32,000 nucleotides of DNA from Candidatus Thorarchaeota archaeon (GCA_048882505.1 JBHLRO010000029.1:1-32000), one strand, 5' to 3'. Numbered from the stretch's first letter, positions 8,882 to 18,545 are shown. The notes: a model not told the origin generated them from the letters alone. Numbers and translations are program-made.

Positions 8882-8975
8882 TTGTTGATGATTTGATGAT
8901 AGGGATTTAAAAACCTTCCTCTTATCTTATTTCTCACCGAATACTCCGATCTATGGCAATTATCTTGTTGATGAT
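8882..8975. repeat. Direct repeats in the wHTH/ParA cassette promoter
   Basis: TTGTTGATGAT at 8882-8892 and 8965-8975; its core TTGATGAT is repeated in tandem at 8885-8892 and 8893-8900. Confidence 0.6.
8906..8913 (-). promoter_or_regulatory. TATA box of the wHTH-wHTH-ParA cassette
   Basis: Minus strand reads TTTTTAAA, preceded by purine-rich GAGGAAGG, about 50 nt upstream of ATG 8857. Confidence 0.55.
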
Positions 8976-9176
8976 GTAACTGTCATACAGCCTCATGTAT
9001 GAGTCCGTTTCGCCCTAATGAAAGGAAAATCGTATGAAGTGTTCTGTGTAACACAATCTGCCCTTCAATTCTCCGCCTTGTTTTTTCGTCGGATATTTTG
9101 AGCTCATCATGGTTTTAATGAAAAAGCTCGACATATTTAATTCAACCTAAGCGGCATTGTCTGATGGGGTAATCTT

Positions 9177-9989
9177 ATGAACTTTGGCTGTGTTTTTCCG
9201 AAATCAGACCCTCTGAAGGCCATCGAATTCGCCAAGGAGGCCGAAAAATGTGGGTGGAACGGATTTTTTGTTTGGGAACCGATCTATGGAGCTGATGCAT
9301 GGGTAACGCTTTCAGCAATTGCCAGTCAAACCAAAACCATCAAGCTTGGAACCCTTATTAGTCCATTATCGCGGATGCGACCATGGAAGATAGCTAGTGA
9401 GGTTTTGACCCTTGATATCATTTCCCGTGGAAGAGTAATATTGGCAGTTGCTTTAGGAGCACTTGATACGGGATTTGCAGAGTTTGGAGAAGTAACAGAG
9501 AGAAAAACAAGGGCTGAATTACTAGATGAAGCATTAGAAATCATTACGAATTTTTGGAAGGGAGAATATACATACAGTGGCAAGCATTATGATATCAAGG
9601 AGTGTACCTTTTTTCAACAAGTTCCTCCACCAAAGCCAATCCAGAAAGAACTACCTATTTGGGTTGTTGGTGCCTGGCCACGAACTAAATCATTGAAACG
9701 GACAATGAAATATGCTGGCATTCTCCCAAATGTCCTGAATGAACGAAATCAACACGAAGAAGTAACTCCTAAACATATTCAGAAAATAAGAGAATTTATG
9801 ATCGAAAGAATTGAAGAAAAACCATTTGACATTGTAGTTGAAGGTACAACCTCAGAAAGCTCTTTGAAAGCGAAAGAAACTGTTCTTCCTTTTAAAGAAG
9901 CAGGAGCAACTTGGTGGATCGAATCCCAATGGATGGCCGAATCCTTAGACGAGGTCCTCAACAGAATCAAAGCTGGGCCACCGATGTAA
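9177..9989 (+). CDS. Luciferase-like (LLM class) flavin-dependent oxidoreductase
   Basis: AKEAEKCGWNGFFVWE, DAWVTLSAIASQTKTIKLGTLISP, RPWKIASEVLTLDIISRGRVILAV, PIWVVG. Confidence 0.9.
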   Translation: MNFGCVFPKSDPLKAIEFAKEAEKCGWNGFFVWEPIYGADAWVTLSAIASQTKTIKLGTLISPLSRMRPWKIASEVLTLDIISRGRVILAVALGALDTGFAEFGEVTERKTRAELLDEALEIITNFWKGEYTYSGKHYDIKECTFFQQVPPPKPIQKELPIWVVGAWPRTKSLKRTMKYAGILPNVLNERNQHEEVTPKHIQKIREFMIERIEEKPFDIVVEGTTSESSLKAKETVLPFKEAGATWWIESQWMAESLDEVLNRIKAGPPM

Positions 9990-10015
9990 CTTGAAACCAT
10001 AGAAGGTTGATCACC

Positions 10016-10117
10016 ATGGGTACTTTGGAAGGATACGAAATGTACCCATCAAGAAATAAATTTGGACGTCAAAAAAGGGGTCACAAATGGTGGAAACAGA
10101 AACCGAGGGATCTGTAA
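10016..10117 (+). CDS. Possible 33-aa cationic small protein MGTLEGYEMYPSRNKFGRQKRGHKWWKQKPRDL
   Basis: ATG...TAA frame fills most of the intergenic gap, with SD-like AGGTTGATC just upstream; no homology recognised. Confidence 0.3.
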   Translation: MGTLEGYEMYPSRNKFGRQKRGHKWWKQKPRDL

Positions 10118-10145
10118 AAAACCTGAAGTGACTGACTAAAACGTA

Positions 10146-10153
10146 TTTAAACA
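10146..10153 (+). promoter_or_regulatory. TATA box of the ABC-2 operon
   Basis: TTTAAACA preceded by A-rich TAAAAC, ending 26 nt before TTG 10180. Confidence 0.55.
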
Positions 10154-10179
10154 ATTTCCCTAGATCACCAAGAAGTGAG

Positions 10180-11163
10180 TTGATCCCCGTGGGAAATGAT
10201 ATTGCGATAAAAGTGTCGGGACTAACAAAGATTTTCGGGAAGGGGGAACAACAGGTTAAAGCAGTCGATAATATTAGCCTGCAGATTAATCAAGGGGAGA
10301 TCTTTGGGTTTCTGGGGCCCAATGGAGCAGGAAAGACAACCTCCCTAAGAATGATGGTGGGTCTTTTAGAGCCAACGAAAGGAGAGGTTGAAATCTTAGG
10401 TATTAATCCCAAAGAAGGCCAAAATGAGATTAAGCGAGTTCTGGGGATTATCCCGCAAGAGATCAGCCTCTATCCAGAGTTGACTGTGGAGGAAAATATG
10501 AAATTTCTCGCGGATGCCTATAAAATCCCGAAAGAAGTTGCAAAGGAACGCATTAACCGGTTAATCCAAGCACTGGGCTTAGAAGACAAACGTAGAACCT
10601 ACGTGAAGAATCTTTCAGGCGGATTAAAGCGTAGAACAAACTTGATTGTTTCTTTAATACACGATCCGGACATTATCCTCTGTGATGAACCTACACCAGG
10701 CTTAGATCCTCAATCCCGCGTTGTAGTGTGGGATTTCATCAAGAATCTAAAGGAAAAGCACGGAAAAACTGTAATTCTGACGACGCACTTTATGGAGGAA
10801 GCAGATCGTCTCTCGGATCGAGTGGCGATTATAGACCACGGAAAGGTCCTGGTGATGGATAATCCAGCAAAACTCAAAGCTTCTATTGGGGAAGGGGATT
10901 TGTTAGAGCTCGAGCTAGCAGATGCCAATGAAGAACAGCTAGAAACTTTTGTTAACGATTTAAAGGGATTTGGTAAACCCATAGAAGATGCCTATTCTTC
11001 AGGAGGCCGGATCTTAGTTCGTGCGTTAGATATAGTTCGTAATTTGGCAAAAATCCTCAATTCAATAGAGGACAAAGGCGCAGTTGTGGAGAATATGTCG
11101 ATTCGAAACACAACCCTAGAGGACGTCTTCATCAATTTAACGGGACGAGCGCTTCGTAATTGA
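10180..11163 (+). CDS. ABC-2 type exporter ATP-binding subunit (DrrA-like)
   Basis: GPNGAGKTT, LSGGLKRR, ILCDEPTPGLDP, TTHFMEEAD, C-terminal TLEDVFINLTG. Confidence 0.95.
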   Translation: MIPVGNDIAIKVSGLTKIFGKGEQQVKAVDNISLQINQGEIFGFLGPNGAGKTTSLRMMVGLLEPTKGEVEILGINPKEGQNEIKRVLGIIPQEISLYPELTVEENMKFLADAYKIPKEVAKERINRLIQALGLEDKRRTYVKNLSGGLKRRTNLIVSLIHDPDIILCDEPTPGLDPQSRVVVWDFIKNLKEKHGKTVILTTHFMEEADRLSDRVAIIDHGKVLVMDNPAKLKASIGEGDLLELELADANEEQLETFVNDLKGFGKPIEDAYSSGGRILVRALDIVRNLAKILNSIEDKGAVVENMSIRNTTLEDVFINLTGRALRN

Positions 11164-11169
11164 GCATAG

Positions 11170-12552
11170 GTGCACAATTTGGTTCAATTAGCTTTTCTAA
11201 GTGTCACTGGACTGTACGGAAAGGCACTTCTCAGATCTAGATGGACAATCGTTGTCTTATTGGTTATGCCCGGATTCATGGGTTTTATGTTTTGGTTTGC
11301 TTTTGGAAACGTAGGTTTACAGGGAGCTACAACCTACTCTATAGGTGTAATTAACAACGATGAAGGGATAGCAGAGGATCTGGCAGCTTTTCTAGAAGCA
11401 GCCAAGGGTTTTGGCTATGATAGCGGAATAACATCATCTACTCTCGAGTTAGGCTTTGCCTCCGATTTTATTGAAATTTTAAACACCACTGAATACCCTA
11501 CAGAGGCTAATACTGATTCAATACGAATTTTTAGGGTACAGGAGTTCAATAATTTATCTGAAGCACGGAGAGCCGTAGAAAACCAGGTGATTGATGGTTT
11601 GGTGATATTTAATCCTGATTTTTCCAATATGACTTTAAGTGCCATCAATGAGGTTCAAAAAATCAAGATTGGATCGTTTATAGATGAGGATCCGAATTGG
11701 ATCTCTTTCAATGGTCCCGAATTTCCGAAAAATTACAACAGCTCTCTTACCCTATTAGGAGACGAGAATAACTTCAACTATTTTATTGTCCAGAACATTT
11801 TGACCAGTTTCTTCACAAGTTATGCGGAGTCAATTGCTTCCCTCGACTATACGGGGGGTCATCTAAAGTTAGAGATTGGCGGGATAACCTTGCAGGACTA
11901 TAGTCTCTTTGATTCAGTCATGCCTGGAATACTCGTTTTCGCAATTTTGACGCAAGCTAGTATGATTGCTGCCACCCTTGTTGGCGAAGTCACAGAATCA
12001 AAAACCATCAGTCGTATTCGACTGAGTGTGTTATCCCCATGGGAATATGTACTGGGAGTAGCGTTACTAAACTTTTTGGGTTCATTCATCCAAACTGTTG
12101 TCTTACTTGGCGTATCAATTGTATTCCTGGGTTTCAATCCCGCGGGGGACGTTATTCAGGGGATTCTTATCCTTATGGCTTTAACAGCCTTTACAACAGG
12201 ATTAGCTTTTATTTTTGGAGGCATTTTCCATTCAGCTGATATGGCTGGACAATCCGCGGGCTTTATAATGACTCCATTGGCATTCATGTCTGGTGCGTTC
12301 TTTGAAATCCCAGGAATTACCTTAATTCCCGCGTTTTTCCCAACAGCTGCAGGAATTCCACGAGATTTCATCCTTTGGGACCTGTTACCTCCAACACATG
12401 CTGTGAACGCCTTACGCTCAATCTTGCTTTATAATTTTAGTTTGATTGAAGAGATTGCCAGTTTTTTGATGATTTTAATTACAGGATTCCTTTTGCTCGG
12501 AATAAGTATGGTTTTTTACTCAAAACGCAGGTTTTCCGGTGATATTACATAA
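11170..12552 (+). CDS. ABC-2 type permease with large extracytoplasmic domain
   Basis: N-terminal TM, SIGVINND, a soluble domain, then five TMs with E-x5-RIRLS and LLPPTHAVNALR. True start may be TTG 11179 (AGGTG SD). Confidence 0.9.
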   Translation: MHNLVQLAFLSVTGLYGKALLRSRWTIVVLLVMPGFMGFMFWFAFGNVGLQGATTYSIGVINNDEGIAEDLAAFLEAAKGFGYDSGITSSTLELGFASDFIEILNTTEYPTEANTDSIRIFRVQEFNNLSEARRAVENQVIDGLVIFNPDFSNMTLSAINEVQKIKIGSFIDEDPNWISFNGPEFPKNYNSSLTLLGDENNFNYFIVQNILTSFFTSYAESIASLDYTGGHLKLEIGGITLQDYSLFDSVMPGILVFAILTQASMIAATLVGEVTESKTISRIRLSVLSPWEYVLGVALLNFLGSFIQTVVLLGVSIVFLGFNPAGDVIQGILILMALTAFTTGLAFIFGGIFHSADMAGQSAGFIMTPLAFMSGAFFEIPGITLIPAFFPTAAGIPRDFILWDLLPPTHAVNALRSILLYNFSLIEEIASFLMILITGFLLLGISMVFYSKRRFSGDIT

Positions 12553-13873
12553 TCAGGTGATGAAAGTGAACGTTGCTGTCTCAATTCTCATTAGAACGGT
12601 GAAACAAACCATACGTGATCCTTCACGAATCCTCTTAATCGTTGGGTTCCCATTCGTTTTTATTGCAGTTTTCGCCTTTATATTTGCAGATTTTGGGGGC
12701 CCACAAGCCTTTTCTATCGGGATCATCAATAACGACGATGTAGATCTGAGTACATTCCAGAGTGATTTTTCTCCTTATGTCCCCGAAGCATCCAACAACA
12801 CTATCAACCCTTTTGTGCATGGCTTTGGTCACCTGTTTTTAGAAGGTCTGCAGGGAAATACAGAACTAAAATTGTCAAACCTGACGTTTCGGTTAACTCC
12901 GTTCGATTTATTGGAAGATGCAAAAGCTGCTGTTCAAGCAAGAGCTGTGGTAGCGGTAGTACAAATTAAAAATGATTTCTCATACGGTATTCTCTCGGGA
13001 ATTAACTCTATGGTTGCCACTCTGAATGGAACTCCAATCACCCCAGATCCTCAAGTTAATAATTGGAATGCCACGATTTTTATTGAGGGTGACCCAACAT
13101 ATCAGACCTTCCAAACCGCACGGACGGAGATTGAGGCTGCATTTAAAGTGTTCCAAGGACATTATTACGGCATAGAACGCGCAGGCGGTAATCTTGGTAT
13201 TCGTTACCAACTAGTACAAAGCGTGGAACTACGGGTGTTCGATAACTTCGTGGCAGGATTCTTCACATTTGGTGTCGTTCTAAGTGCATCTTCAATCGCA
13301 GGAATCATTGGGATAGAAAGAGCAGAGGGAACCTTGGATCGGTTAAAACTCTCTGATACCAGTTCTCTAGAAATGCTTACCGGGTTGACAATGGGTCATG
13401 TTATAGCCGTAGGAACGCAGATGGCTTTCATGTTTTTGGCTGCCCTATTTTTTGGATTTCGAGGCCAAGGGGATGTCCTATCAGCTTATTTGATAGGCAT
13501 CCTAACAATTTTCCCAGTCCTAGGCCTTGCATTCTTCGTTGCGGCCTATATTCCAAATGGTAGAGATGCGAACTCGGTCATTGCTATCCTTTCCGCACCT
13601 ATTGGGTTTCTTTCGGGATCTTTTCTAGAAGTCCCTGCGGTTCCATTAGTCCCTAATATAATTCCTGATGGCACAGGTGGGCTTCGTGCCCTTCAATTAT
13701 GGGATTTCTTTCCATTTGCACCAAGTGTGAGCGCTATAAAGAAGATTTTGTTATCAGAATACTCTCTTATACAGGTCCTCCCAGAAGTTTTCCTCCTTGT
13801 GTTAGGGGGAGTATTATTTTATGTTCTGGGAGCCATATTTTTCCTTAAACGCGTGTTAAAACCCGTAAGATGA
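12539..13873 (+). CDS. Second ABC-2 type permease (paralogue of the preceding gene)
   Basis: SIGIINND, ERAEGTLDRL, LWDFFPFAPSV. True start is likely 12560 or 12566, after an AGGTGA SD. Confidence 0.9.
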   Translation: MILHNQVMKVNVAVSILIRTVKQTIRDPSRILLIVGFPFVFIAVFAFIFADFGGPQAFSIGIINNDDVDLSTFQSDFSPYVPEASNNTINPFVHGFGHLFLEGLQGNTELKLSNLTFRLTPFDLLEDAKAAVQARAVVAVVQIKNDFSYGILSGINSMVATLNGTPITPDPQVNNWNATIFIEGDPTYQTFQTARTEIEAAFKVFQGHYYGIERAGGNLGIRYQLVQSVELRVFDNFVAGFFTFGVVLSASSIAGIIGIERAEGTLDRLKLSDTSSLEMLTGLTMGHVIAVGTQMAFMFLAALFFGFRGQGDVLSAYLIGILTIFPVLGLAFFVAAYIPNGRDANSVIAILSAPIGFLSGSFLEVPAVPLVPNIIPDGTGGLRALQLWDFFPFAPSVSAIKKILLSEYSLIQVLPEVFLLVLGGVLFYVLGAIFFLKRVLKPVR

Positions 13874-13960
13874 AGAAAAGGTAAAATAATATTCTTGGTA
13901 TTGTCATAGTACGTGATTAACTACCCTGAAGTTAATTATCGTGTTAAGGAAAACCATTAA

Positions 13961-16051
13961 TTGGCGGTATGGACGATGGCACGTCAAGATAAACCCTTAT
14001 ATCCGCAAACGGAACAGATTCCCGTAATAAACACTCTCCATGGGATGGAAATTACCGATAATTATCAATGGCTCGAAGATACCGATAGTGAAAAAGTTAA
14101 AACGTGGGTAACAAATCAAAATGATTTTTCAAAACCCTATCTTGAGAGTATCCCAATTCGGAAAGATATTCGGGAACGAATTCAGGAGCTTTATGAGTTC
14201 GAGCAGGTTTTGGATGTAATCGAACGGGAGAATGGCTGGTTTTTTCGAAAGAAACATGTGGATAAACAACAGCCCGTCCTATACTTCCGTTCAAAGAAAG
14301 ATCCAATGCACGATCGGGTTCTGATTGACGCCAATGCGCGCGATCCTTCCGCGTTAACGACAATAGACTACGTATATCCTTCACATGACGGGACATTGCT
14401 CGCTTATGGGCTTAGCAAGGGAGGCGATGAATGGTCGACCCTGTATCTTATGAATGTTGAAACAGGGGAAGATTTTGGCGAAAAAGAATGCATTCAACGG
14501 GCTAAATATTCGCATGTTTCCTGGAAAAAGAACAAAAAGGGATTTTATTATACACGATTCTTTCATCCTGGGGAGGTACCTGAGGGAGAGGAGAATTTTC
14601 ATTCACATATTCGCTTCCATAGTTTGGGAAGCGATCCCGATCAGGATCCTATAGTCTTCAGATACGCAGAAGAACCCACGGCATATCCTGATTATGTGTT
14701 ATCCCCTGATGAAACGTTCATGGTGGTCTATATCTATCGTTTTGTTTCATCAGATCTTCATCTAATAGACCTAGCTAATGATAACCGTATAATCCCTATC
14801 GTAACAGGAAGTAAATGGTTATTCTATCCGTACGTGAGTTCTAAGCATATTTATGTTCTTAGCAATTACAAATCATCCAATTATGGTCTATACCGTTTCA
14901 CTAGGAACGAGACAAATCTCAGCGATTGGGAGGAGGTGATTGCACCAAGAGAATATGTATTACAGGACATAGAATTAGTGTATCAAAATATTGTGGCACT
15001 ATGGATGCACAATGTAAGCAATAAGTTGACTCTGCATGATTTTGATGGAAAAGAGCTCGATACAATTTCTATTCCGAAAAACGGTTCGATCCAGACCTTC
15101 CCTCCGGGTTCAATGTTATTTGGATCCTTGGACACAGAATACTTATTTTTTAATTTTCAGACCTTTCTCCAGCCTCCTGTGACCTATCAGTATCACATCC
15201 CGTCCCAAACCCTAGTTCACTTCTTTAAACATGATATTCGAATTCCTTCAGATGAATTTAAGATTACCGAGGAATATTTCCCTTCGAAAGATGGAACCAA
15301 AGTGCATATGTTCATTATTAGCCGCCCTAACGTCGAAAGGAATAAGAAAAATCCCACAATACTGTATGGGTATGGCGGATTCGGTATCAGTATTTCCCCG
15401 ACCTACAGTCCAAATTTTCTTCATTGGATAGAAAGAAATGGAGTGATTGCAGTAGCAAACATCCGTGGAGGTGGTGAACATGGTGAAAAGTGGCATCAAG
15501 CAGGAATGCTTGGAAGAAAACAGAACGTGTTTGATGACTTCATTGCTGCCGCTGAATATTTAGTGAAAAGCAATGTGTGTTCTCCTGAAACTTTAGGAAT
15601 GTATGGTGGAAGCAATGGAGGTCTTCTAGTAGGAGCAGTTCTCGTTCAACGTCCTGAGCTATTTGCTGCCGTCTATTGTGCCGTACCCCTTCTTGATATG
15701 CTTCGTTATCATCGTTTTTTGCTTGGAAAAACCTGGGTTCCTGAATATGGTGATCCAGACAATCCCGATCACTTTCATTGGCTTCAGGCATATTCCCCTT
15801 ATCACAATGTAGACCCCCAAGGCACTTATCCCTCAGTTTTATTCAAGACGGCCACGAATGACAGTCGAGTGGATGCTAGTCATGCTTTTAAAATGGCAGC
15901 GTTAATGCAGAATCTTTCATCTGCATCAGAACCCATTCTATTGAAGGTAGACACAAGCGCTGGACACGGTGTGGGACGATCCCTCACGAAACTTGTGAAT
16001 GACAGTACTGATCTCTTAACGTACTTTTGCTGGCGATTAGGGGTGAAATAG
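13961..16051 (+). CDS. Prolyl oligopeptidase (peptidase S9A)
   Basis: ITDNYQWLED, LYGYGGFGIS, NIRGGGEHGEKWH, GGSNGGLL (Ser), DSRV (Asp), AGHG (His). Start may be ATG 13976. Confidence 0.95.
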   Translation: MAVWTMARQDKPLYPQTEQIPVINTLHGMEITDNYQWLEDTDSEKVKTWVTNQNDFSKPYLESIPIRKDIRERIQELYEFEQVLDVIERENGWFFRKKHVDKQQPVLYFRSKKDPMHDRVLIDANARDPSALTTIDYVYPSHDGTLLAYGLSKGGDEWSTLYLMNVETGEDFGEKECIQRAKYSHVSWKKNKKGFYYTRFFHPGEVPEGEENFHSHIRFHSLGSDPDQDPIVFRYAEEPTAYPDYVLSPDETFMVVYIYRFVSSDLHLIDLANDNRIIPIVTGSKWLFYPYVSSKHIYVLSNYKSSNYGLYRFTRNETNLSDWEEVIAPREYVLQDIELVYQNIVALWMHNVSNKLTLHDFDGKELDTISIPKNGSIQTFPPGSMLFGSLDTEYLFFNFQTFLQPPVTYQYHIPSQTLVHFFKHDIRIPSDEFKITEEYFPSKDGTKVHMFIISRPNVERNKKNPTILYGYGGFGISISPTYSPNFLHWIERNGVIAVANIRGGGEHGEKWHQAGMLGRKQNVFDDFIAAAEYLVKSNVCSPETLGMYGGSNGGLLVGAVLVQRPELFAAVYCAVPLLDMLRYHRFLLGKTWVPEYGDPDNPDHFHWLQAYSPYHNVDPQGTYPSVLFKTATNDSRVDASHAFKMAALMQNLSSASEPILLKVDTSAGHGVGRSLTKLVNDSTDLLTYFCWRLGVK

Positions 16052-16110
16052 AAATCTAGATAGAGATATCTACGCGGCCGGATTTTTTTAGCCATAGTGT
16101 TTTTTGATAA

Positions 16111-17112
16111 ATGACTGGGAGTCAAGTTGGACTTATGCTGGATTCAATAGATTTAGCTTTACTCTATGCATTAAATCAGAAATGCCGTTCGTCATTTTCA
16201 GAATTGGCATCTAGGCTTGAATTGCCTGTACAAGAGATAAAGGACCGAATGAGTCGCTATCTTCGTGAACGAATCATCCAGAAGTTCACTGTTGTCCCAA
16301 CCCCTGCGTTGTTTGGAGCAAAGGAGGCCGTAATCCATTTTTCAAGCGGTGCTGGAAATGAGCAAGAACCAATAGACCTAGATCGGATTACGCTGATGGG
16401 GGTTTTTTCACCGGTAACTTTGATCTCAACCGGTACTCTCACGGAAGGGTTTGCGATCGTTCATTATCGGTCAGAAATTGAACTCGCAGAGGTAGTATCT
16501 CATTTTCGGCAGGTTTGCCCCTTCTTCGCCCAACTAGCCGCATTTCCTGTCCAAACTTTGACACAAGATGTTCTTAAAAGGCCGAAGAAGAGTCTCCTTG
16601 AGTTTGAAAAAGTTGATTGGCTAATTCTCACCCACCTACGAGAACAGGGTCGACTCCCATTAGGTGATCTTTCAATAAGGACGCATTTGCCAGTAGAAAC
16701 TATTGTAGAACGGCTGGATTTTCTCCGAACTCATCAATTAATTGACGAAACGATTTGGCTAAATCCCGCTCTTTCCCACAAAAGAGGCACCTGGACCTTA
16801 TTTAAAACCGAACTAACTTTCTTTACCTCCCTTCTTCTAGAAGAACTGGAAGGCGAAATCACAAGAAATTCATGTTTTTGGCCCCCAAGTTTTTGGAAGG
16901 TGGAGGATCAGAACATCCTAATTTTGGGATTCTTTTGTTCCTCGTACACTGAGGTGGAGAAAATCCAGAGTACATTAACGGAGATACCTGGATTGAAGAG
17001 TATTGAGAAACTTATGGGCGGAACCACCTATTATTTCCAAGACTATAGAGATGAATTGTTGGAAGAAAAAAAGGCACACGGATGGTTTTCTCCCGAACAA
17101 TGGGTTGTCTAG
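16111..17112 (+). CDS. Tandem Lrp/AsnC-type winged-helix regulator
   Basis: Two Lrp-like HTH modules, LDSIDLALLYALNQKCRSSFSELA and FEKVDWLILTHLREQGRLPLGDLS, each followed by an alpha/beta domain. Confidence 0.8.
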   Translation: MTGSQVGLMLDSIDLALLYALNQKCRSSFSELASRLELPVQEIKDRMSRYLRERIIQKFTVVPTPALFGAKEAVIHFSSGAGNEQEPIDLDRITLMGVFSPVTLISTGTLTEGFAIVHYRSEIELAEVVSHFRQVCPFFAQLAAFPVQTLTQDVLKRPKKSLLEFEKVDWLILTHLREQGRLPLGDLSIRTHLPVETIVERLDFLRTHQLIDETIWLNPALSHKRGTWTLFKTELTFFTSLLLEELEGEITRNSCFWPPSFWKVEDQNILILGFFCSSYTEVEKIQSTLTEIPGLKSIEKLMGGTTYYFQDYRDELLEEKKAHGWFSPEQWVV

Positions 17113-17210
17113 CCAAGGCCGTTGTGAAAAGTAATTTGGGAGGCCAGAAACAAGGAATCAAGAACAAATTCATCTATTAACAGAAACTCCTACGAGTGCT
17201 GAATTCCACC

Positions 17211-18545
17211 TTAAGGTTCCTTTTTCGATCTCGTTTGAACAATCGAGAAGAGGATGGCCGCAAGGCCTGCTAAACCCAGCATAAATCCACCAAGTTGAGT
17301 GACTTGGGCCAGGGAAAGTCCTTCTTCCAATAAGAAAGATCCTAGTAATGATCCTATCCCAAAACAAAAAATACCCACGGATTTAAAAACACCGATTATG
17401 TTTTCTGGCTGGAGATTATGTTCATGCTCATGGGAATGCATACCTAAAATGAATCCTGTGCCTTGGGTAAATCCCAGGTCAAGGTGAGCATGCAAGTGGC
17501 GGTAACTCTGATCTTCAAGCTCAAAGGTCAGCGCTGCCTTGTTTCTTGCTGGCTCAAGAAGGCCTTCAGACAATCCGGCCAGGAATAGGACGCTAAATAA
17601 GAGTAAGAGAATAGCAATTCCTGGATAAAGAAGAATGATGGATCCTTTTAATAAAAGACTTATAACAAGGGGAATAGAATAACCTATCTTGTCAATAAGA
17701 CGTCCTGCCAGGATTTGGCTTAGCCCCCAAGTAATATCGGCAAAAAAATATCCTAAACTGATACTAGGGGTGTCAAAGCCATTTTGATTTAATAGAATCG
17801 ATAAATTGGGGGTATAAAAGCCGTGTGCAAAGTCATAGATTCCGTATATGAGCGCTAGTAAAAGAACGGAGGGAAGTAACATGAAGTTCTTTATCCATGA
17901 GTTTAAATGGAAATGTGGCAGGATCCACTTTCGGTTCGAGGAAATTTGCTTTTTTTGCTCATACCTAGGCAGTAGTGGCATGAGCATGCCCCAGGCTAAT
18001 AAAGAGAGGGTAAAACCGATTGCGGCAATGACTTGCAGGATTTGAAGGGAGGATAGCATAGGAATTATTACCTCGATCATTTGCCACCCGATTCCAGCAA
18101 GAACCTGACCCATTGCAAGTCCAGAAAAAACGGCAGCGAACAACCCTCCAAGAACCTCCCCCTCACGTGTGGCAAAGCGCATGGCGATTTTGATCAGAGC
18201 TAAGAAATAAAAACCGTATGCCATTCCTTCAAAAAACCGTACCCACACAAAAACGGAAGGATCTGTCATAAAAGCCATAAGAGATGCAGTACCGAGTGTA
18301 CATACTCCTGCAATTAAAAAACGGGATTGAATAGAAACCAATAGAGAGGTTAGAACGAGAAAGACAATAAGCTGTCCAACCGCGAGAATAGAGCTCCCTA
18401 TTGAGACCAAGGAAGTAGATCCTCCCATCAGAATTATTTGGAAAGGAAATATAAAACGTAATGCTCCCAGACTAAGATGCAAGAGAAAAATTCCTATACA
18501 ATAGACTTGTAACCGACGATCAGTCAATAGTAACCATGATGACAC
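17211..18545 (-). CDS. MFS transporter with His-rich cytoplasmic insert
   Basis: About 12 hydrophobic helices; motif-A-like AGRLIDKIG; VRFFEGMAYG in TM4. GTG start with AGGAGA SD. Confidence 0.85.
   Translation of the reverse strand: MSSWLLLTDRRLQVYCIGIFLLHLSLGALRFIFPFQIILMGGSTSLVSIGSSILAVGQLIVFLVLTSLLVSIQSRFLIAGVCTLGTASLMAFMTDPSVFVWVRFFEGMAYGFYFLALIKIAMRFATREGEVLGGLFAAVFSGLAMGQVLAGIGWQMIEVIIPMLSSLQILQVIAAIGFTLSLLAWGMLMPLLPRYEQKKQISSNRKWILPHFHLNSWIKNFMLLPSVLLLALIYGIYDFAHGFYTPNLSILLNQNGFDTPSISLGYFFADITWGLSQILAGRLIDKIGYSIPLVISLLLKGSIILLYPGIAILLLLFSVLFLAGLSEGLLEPARNKAALTFELEDQSYRHLHAHLDLGFTQGTGFILGMHSHEHEHNLQPENIIGVFKSVGIFCFGIGSLLGSFLLEEGLSLAQVTQLGGFMLGLAGLAAILFSIVQTRSKKEP

Noticed and set aside
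13916-13936. Inverted repeat ATTAACT-N7-AGTTAAT upstream of POP
   Set aside because: AT-rich 7-bp arms are common by chance; no second copy seen.
9177-16051. LLM oxidoreductase + sORF + ABC-2 + POP as a confirmed RiPP gene cluster
   Set aside because: No recognised RiPP modification enzyme or RRE domain, and separate promoters; kept only as a speculative lead.
16057-16072. Inverted repeat TAGATA-GAGA-TATCTA upstream of the tandem Lrp
   Set aside because: Only 6-bp arms; could be an autoregulatory site or terminator, but there is no supporting evidence.
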